This document shows, piece after piece, positions 47,558 to 51,818 of a DNA stretch of 51,818 bases. The translations under genes were made by a program, and so were the position numbers. The DNA lies in NCBI GenBank assembly GCA_021825235.1, contig JAKAIL010000001.1, positions 1 through 51,818 on the forward strand, given 5' to 3'. Position 1 is the first letter of the stretch. Each line of letters opens with the position of its first letter. A model generated the notes under the pieces. The model was not told the origin of the DNA. It did no database searches and was given only the letters and a program-made list of their open reading frames with translations. Source of the stretch: Bacteroidota bacterium (GTDB taxonomy: Bacteria > Bacteroidota > Ignavibacteria > Palsa-1295).

Positions 47558-49587
47558 ATGAGCTTTTCTCTGCCTAAGGACGCGGTTAAGCGGGTGAACA
47601 TAGGTCACTCTTTCGCTGAGTACGACGAGCAACTTAAAAACCCATACGTTTTTGTCAAAACCCCCGCGACCATGTCAGCAGTAGATCGATCAAGGGGCCA
47701 CTGCTTTTTCGTCGGTCGAAGGGGGACGGGGAAAACAGCCACGAGCCTAATTGCAACAAGCACTTTCGGCAAGAATAGCGAGGTGATTTTGCCTCAGTTC
47801 TTTTCAGCCCTAGGCGCAGCGCTTAACCCAGCAAGTTTAAGGGACACGAGACAGAGGCCATTCAAGTCGCTTGTGACAGCTTTTAAACGCTCAATATTGG
47901 ACGAGGCCTACTCGGTCTGGGAGCGTAATGGAATTTTTCGATATAGCGAATATGACTCCACGCTCTCGAAGGAGAAGCAGTACATTGAAGATTTCGATTT
48001 TGAAGAAAGATGTGCGCACTTTATTGACGATATATTCGAGGTTTCTAGGGATCATCAGATCAAAGAATGGTCTCGCCGTCTCCATCGCGTTCAGGACCTT
48101 GAAAATGCTGCGGTTGAGAACATTGACGGCGGCGACGTAGTCACGATTTTGATTGACCGGTTGGATGAGTCTTGGGATGGAAGCGAAAAATCCGTGGTGG
48201 TTCTAATGGCTCTCATGCATGCGTGCGTAGAGTTGAATGCTTCGGAAGCGCCTATAAGAGTTCTTCTGTTCTTGAGGGAGAATATTTTTGCTCGTGTTCG
48301 CGACGCAGACAATGAGTTTGCCCGCATCGAGACATGGATAGTCTCGCTCGAGTGGTCCCGCGAGGACCTTATCGAGCTGGTTGAACGTAGGCTAGTACAA
48401 AACTTTACAGCAAAGCCTCAGTTACACGGCCCAACCTGGGATTTATTTTTCGAGCCATGGGATGGGAACCCTTCTTGGCAGTACATTCTCGATTTCTGCC
48501 TCGCGCGGCCAAGAGACGTTCTTACCTTTTGTTCCTTCGCTGTTCAATCCGCCCAGGCTCATCACCACACAAGGATACTTGTTGAGGATGTGCAGTTCGC
48601 GCGCCAGCAATTCTCGGACAGCAGGCTGAAGGACCTTGGCGACGAATACGCTGAGAATTTCCCGCAGATTCAGCTGGTGCTTGCTCGTTTCCATGGGCTC
48701 GGGTACAGGTTTAGTATGACCGGTATCGAAGACTTGATCAAAAAGCTTATTGTCGATTCAGAGATTGCGAGGCATTGTAAGTGGGTATACGCCGTCACGT
48801 CGCCAGCCCAGTTTATCGAGCTCTTCTACAACATTGGCTTCTTCGGGGTAACGAACGGTGGGCAGTCTACGTACCGATCCTCTGGTGCGAGCGGGTCGGC
48901 GTTTCCAGTCCTATCCCAATCGTCGGAAGTGGTAGTGCATCCCTCTTACCGCGACGCGCTAGGTCTCCAGCCTATCGTCGTTACTCGCTTGGCAGCCGAC
49001 TTGCGTTTGCAGACCGAAGGCCTCAAGCTGGACCTGCCTGAGAATATCGGTATAGACGAGTACACGGAGAGACTGAACACGATGCGGGATGAGTTTGGAA
49101 GGCTTCCGACTGGAAGTGAGCATTCTGCCATTTTTGAGGAACTCGTGGGCGATTTGGTGAAATTTTGCTTTTACAATGTGCTAACAAACGTGCAGCCCCA
49201 TGCAAGGACGGTTGGCAACACCGAAGTGCGGGACTGGATTGCGTCCAATCGCGCCGAAATTGCTTCTGGGAACGGATCAGGAATAAGTTCCACGCCAGTC
49301 AAGTGATCTGGGAGTGCAAAAACTATGCTGAGCTCGAGGCGTCCGACTTCCATCAGATGTCCTACTACATGTCAGAGTCCATTTCAAATTTTGTGGTTTG
49401 TTGCTTCCGTGGCGAGCGAAAAAAACATTACTTTCAACATATATCTAAGATTTCGAAGGATAAGAAGGGAATGATTCTCCTACTTGAAGAGAGGGATATG
49501 AAAGTAATCATTCGGAAGTCCTTAAGCGGAAAAAGCTGCGACGATCATTTAAACGACATATATGACCAGACGGAACGAATGATATAG
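47558..49587 (+). CDS. P-loop ATPase (Sll1717/FunZ-like) fused to a C-terminal PD-(D/E)xK-type endonuclease domain; -1 frameshift near 49262
   Basis: Walker A GRRGTGKT, Walker B ILIDRLDESW, RPRDVL; C-terminal FEELV...VRDW...WECKNY...Q. Adding one G joins the frames (EIGFWERI). Confidence 0.75.
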
Positions 49588-49682
49588 TCCTAATGCCGTT
49601 TGCACCATTCGTGAATCTATCGGGGCTTGGCATCCCTTAATCCGAACGTCTCCATGCCACTTTCTCGTTACGAAGAGTTCTT

Positions 49683-49785
49683 ATGGTAAAAATAGAACGG
49701 GCGATAATAATCGGTGCCTCGGCAGGGGGGGGCCATAGCGGCGCAGTTGCTTGCGGGCGGCGCTTCGGGGCCGCTGGCCGCGCGG
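49683..49785 (+). repeat. Direct repeat B, copy 1: degenerate 5' end of an SDR oxidoreductase gene
   Basis: MVKIERAIIIGASAGG/AIAAQLLAGGASGPLAAR; perfect 35-nt match 49736-49770 = 50555-50589. Confidence 0.85.
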
Positions 49786-49799
49786 CGGCGGCGAACGGT

Positions 49800-49985
49800 T
49801 TATTCGTGGTTCTTCTTTTGGCGGCGCCTTTCGTCGAGCTGTTTGCCTAACGCGGAGTTCCTGCCCTCTTCATCGAGGCGGCGCACATATTCCTCGACGG
49901 GCAAATGTCCGAGCCGCTTGTAATTGGCATCCCTCACGCTCCTAACCCATTCGACGGCATCAAATTCCTTCTTCTTCTTTTCCAT
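49800..49985 (-). CDS. Small putative antitoxin partner of the PIN protein
   Basis: 61 aa, KKKEFDAVEWVRSVRD; overlaps the PIN gene 3' end. Confidence 0.7.
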   Translation of the reverse strand: MEKKKKEFDAVEWVRSVRDANYKRLGHLPVEEYVRRLDEEGRNSALGKQLDERRRQKKNHE

Positions 49986-50436
49986 AAATTAATTCCTTTG
50001 GTGTTCGAATGTCGATCAATCCATACCCTTGGTCCAGGTTCACGGAATTGAACGCATGAATCCTCTGAAAGTTTACCAAATGCCGAAAATTCCAGCTTAC
50101 GACCATGTCGGCATTGTGTATCGTGGCGTAGGCGACATGGGAAGCATCGCCCTCATATCGGGGCGCAACGACTTCGGCATCCATGTATGCCCGCGTGAGG
50201 GAAAGTACTTCATCGGTTACTGCCAGCCGAATAAGTTGTTCGGAGTCGAACCCCTGGATTGATTCTCGTACTCGCGCAGGCGCGCCTTCCAATTCCTCGA
50301 CGGTCACGTTGGAAATCAGTCCGACATAAATTCCCATCCGGATCATCGACATAAGCTTGTTCGATGCCTCGCGGAACTCGTCGTCAAAACAACCGCCGAT
50401 GACGGAGGTATCGAGATAAATGCGCAGCCTCTTCAT
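49960..50436 (-). CDS. PIN-domain protein (putative toxin)
   Basis: RIYLDTSVIGGCFDDEF, VEEL, DASHVAYAT, VSWNFRHLVN. Confidence 0.88.
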   Translation of the reverse strand: MKRLRIYLDTSVIGGCFDDEFREASNKLMSMIRMGIYVGLISNVTVEELEGAPARVRESIQGFDSEQLIRLAVTDEVLSLTRAYMDAEVVAPRYEGDASHVAYATIHNADMVVSWNFRHLVNFQRIHAFNSVNLDQGYGLIDIRTPKELIYGKEEEGI

Positions 50437-50495
50437 TCCAATGGAAGAACATACGTGGATGGCCAGGACATTCCGCCAGTCCGTGCAACCCTTTC

Positions 50496-50603
50496 GTGGC
50501 AAAAATCGAACCGGCCGATAGTAATCGGCCCCTCGGCGGGCATCGGGCGGGCCGTAGCGGCGCAGTTGCTTGCGGGCGGCGCTTCGGGGGCGCTGGCAGC
50601 GCG
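50496..50603 (+). repeat. Direct repeat B, copy 2 (SDR 5'-end remnant)
   Basis: VAKIE/RPIVIGPSAGIGRAVAAQLLAGGASGALAAR with the GxxxGIG Rossmann motif. Confidence 0.85.
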
Positions 50604-50639
50604 GGTTCCCATAGCCGCGGAGCGGCGCAGTATCCGCAG
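50600..50639 (+). repeat. Direct repeat C, copy 1 (contains hairpin GCCGC-GGA-GCGGC)
   Basis: 36/40 identical to 51663..51702. Confidence 0.85.
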
Positions 50640-50849
50640 CCCAACATGAAGTGAAACGGAATGTTGGGTGCGTGTGGGAATTTAATTATTGGAATCCCGT
50701 AAGGACGGAGTACTGCGCCCACCGATCAGGTCGAGGGCAGGCTCTTTCAGGGCTTGGGAATTTAATCGCATTGCCAACCCAGGGTTCCATTTCGCCGTGG
50801 CGGACGCCTCTGGCACTTTTCGGGCGCTCTTCGTCCCCAAATTCCCAGG

Positions 50850-51512
50850 CTAATGGAAATAGCCAAGCTGTACGATGGGCATGGTGCGTCTTGTACTGCC
50901 GGTGGGGCCCTGCCACTCCGGAAGATTGAAGGTGATAGGGATGAAGCCAATTTCGGCGTAAGCGCCGTAGTAATCCGCTTCGAGGGCAAGGCCGGGACCG
51001 AACCATGTCGAGGTGCCCCCAAAGGGGGGCATATCCTGGGATGCACCGAATTGGCCGATTGAACATGCATCGATCCGCCAATTCGCCGACGACCAAAGCC
51101 GCCACGCTACCGCAAGTTCTACTCCGGCAACCGACGCATAATACTCCCACTCCAGATTTTGGCCCATAAAGATCGCTGGCTCGGACCGCGTGTACTCGAA
51201 ACAGCCCGCCTCCAGGCGGACGCCGAAGGTGGTTCCAAAATATCCCAGAAGGAAATTGAGAAGACCCGGTGTACCAAGCGCGCCGCCGAACGAGAATTTA
51301 TTCGACAGGAACGGTTCCGAGGAATCCGGAAGGGCCTGTGCGGATGCGACGGCTGCATTCGTATCGCGATGGACCGTGAACTCCTGCGCCTTGCCAGCTT
51401 GGTGCAGCATCAAAAGGACGAACATAGAGATAAATCTTGAATGAAGCCTGGTTTTCACAGCGTGCCAAATAGCAAGCGCCAAGCCACGGCGCACGCACAG
51501 CCAATCCGTCAA
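50850..51512 (-). CDS. Exported hypothetical protein, outer-membrane beta-barrel-like
   Basis: Signal-like segment ending AGKAQE; amphipathic strands; C-terminal QLGYFH. Start uncertain. Confidence 0.6.
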   Translation of the reverse strand: MTDWLCVRRGLALAIWHAVKTRLHSRFISMFVLLMLHQAGKAQEFTVHRDTNAAVASAQALPDSSEPFLSNKFSFGGALGTPGLLNFLLGYFGTTFGVRLEAGCFEYTRSEPAIFMGQNLEWEYYASVAGVELAVAWRLWSSANWRIDACSIGQFGASQDMPPFGGTSTWFGPGLALEADYYGAYAEIGFIPITFNLPEWQGPTGSTRRTMPIVQLGYFH

Positions 51513-51662
51513 AGCCCTTGATTAATAGCTAAAAAGCCGTTAAAACATTTAACTCGCGATAATAATATTTTCCGGTTCGGCCACCATGCTTGCCGCGCCG
51601 CCAATGGCATAGCCGTGGCCCCTTTGTAGAACTGCGTTTTCGTATTTGCGAATCAATCCCGC

Positions 51663-51702
51663 CGCGGGTTCCCACAGCCGCGGAGCGGCGTAGTACTCGC
51701 AG
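51663..51702 (+). repeat. Direct repeat C, copy 2
   Basis: CGCGGGTTCCCACAGCCGCGGAGCGGCGTAGTACTCGCAG. Confidence 0.85.
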
Positions 51703-51818
51703 ATACCGTCTTAAAAGTCAAGTGGTTGCCATGATATTTTTTGCATTTATTACTACAATTTTTCGTGGCTGACCACTTTTTGCAATGCCCCAGAAGATGT
51801 GCAGTAGTTTTCGCATGA

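Noticed and set aside
45880..51702. CRISPR array or integron attC array as an explanation for the repeats
   Set aside because: Each repeat occurs only twice, with kb-scale spacing and different sequences. No cas or intI genes, and no consistent RYYYAAC...GTTRRRY attC structure.

Overview
A 51.8 kb chromosomal window from an FCB-group bacterium, probably the Chlorobi/Ignavibacteria/Kapabacteria lineage. Support: T9SS C-terminal sorting domains, a Chlorobi-like tmRNA tag (ANSYSYAMAA) and an RNase P RNA apparently lacking P18. The left ~29 kb is mostly housekeeping: rlpA, ssrA, PfpI, DUF6029 + Omp28, nif3 + Zn-ribbon, rnpB, prs, ptsI/ptsH, a 2-oxoacid dehydrogenase E2, hpnE, MacA/MacB-like genes, ppk2 and sulP. 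The right half has a GlxA-AraC/VOC/DHFR/SRPBCC cluster, secA and ald, interspersed with accessory cargo: four toxin-antitoxin-like pairs (one decayed), an AT-rich orphan nuclease-like gene and a P-loop ATPase-restriction endonuclease fusion. Main observations: (1) accessory cassettes are repeatedly bracketed by short, diverged direct duplicates of gene ends, with mostly synonymous differences in two of the three pairs. From 45.9 to 51.7 kb these form a chained array (A-cargo-A-cargo-B-cargo-BC-cargo-C) with no integrase in the window. (2) One 12-nt hairpin (ATGA-GCRA-TCAT) occurs four times in rnpB and once in the tmRNA. (3) A MITE-like element has a terminal repeat that abuts two different start codons. 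Several single-base frameshifts may be assembly errors. All family calls come from motif recognition, not database searches.
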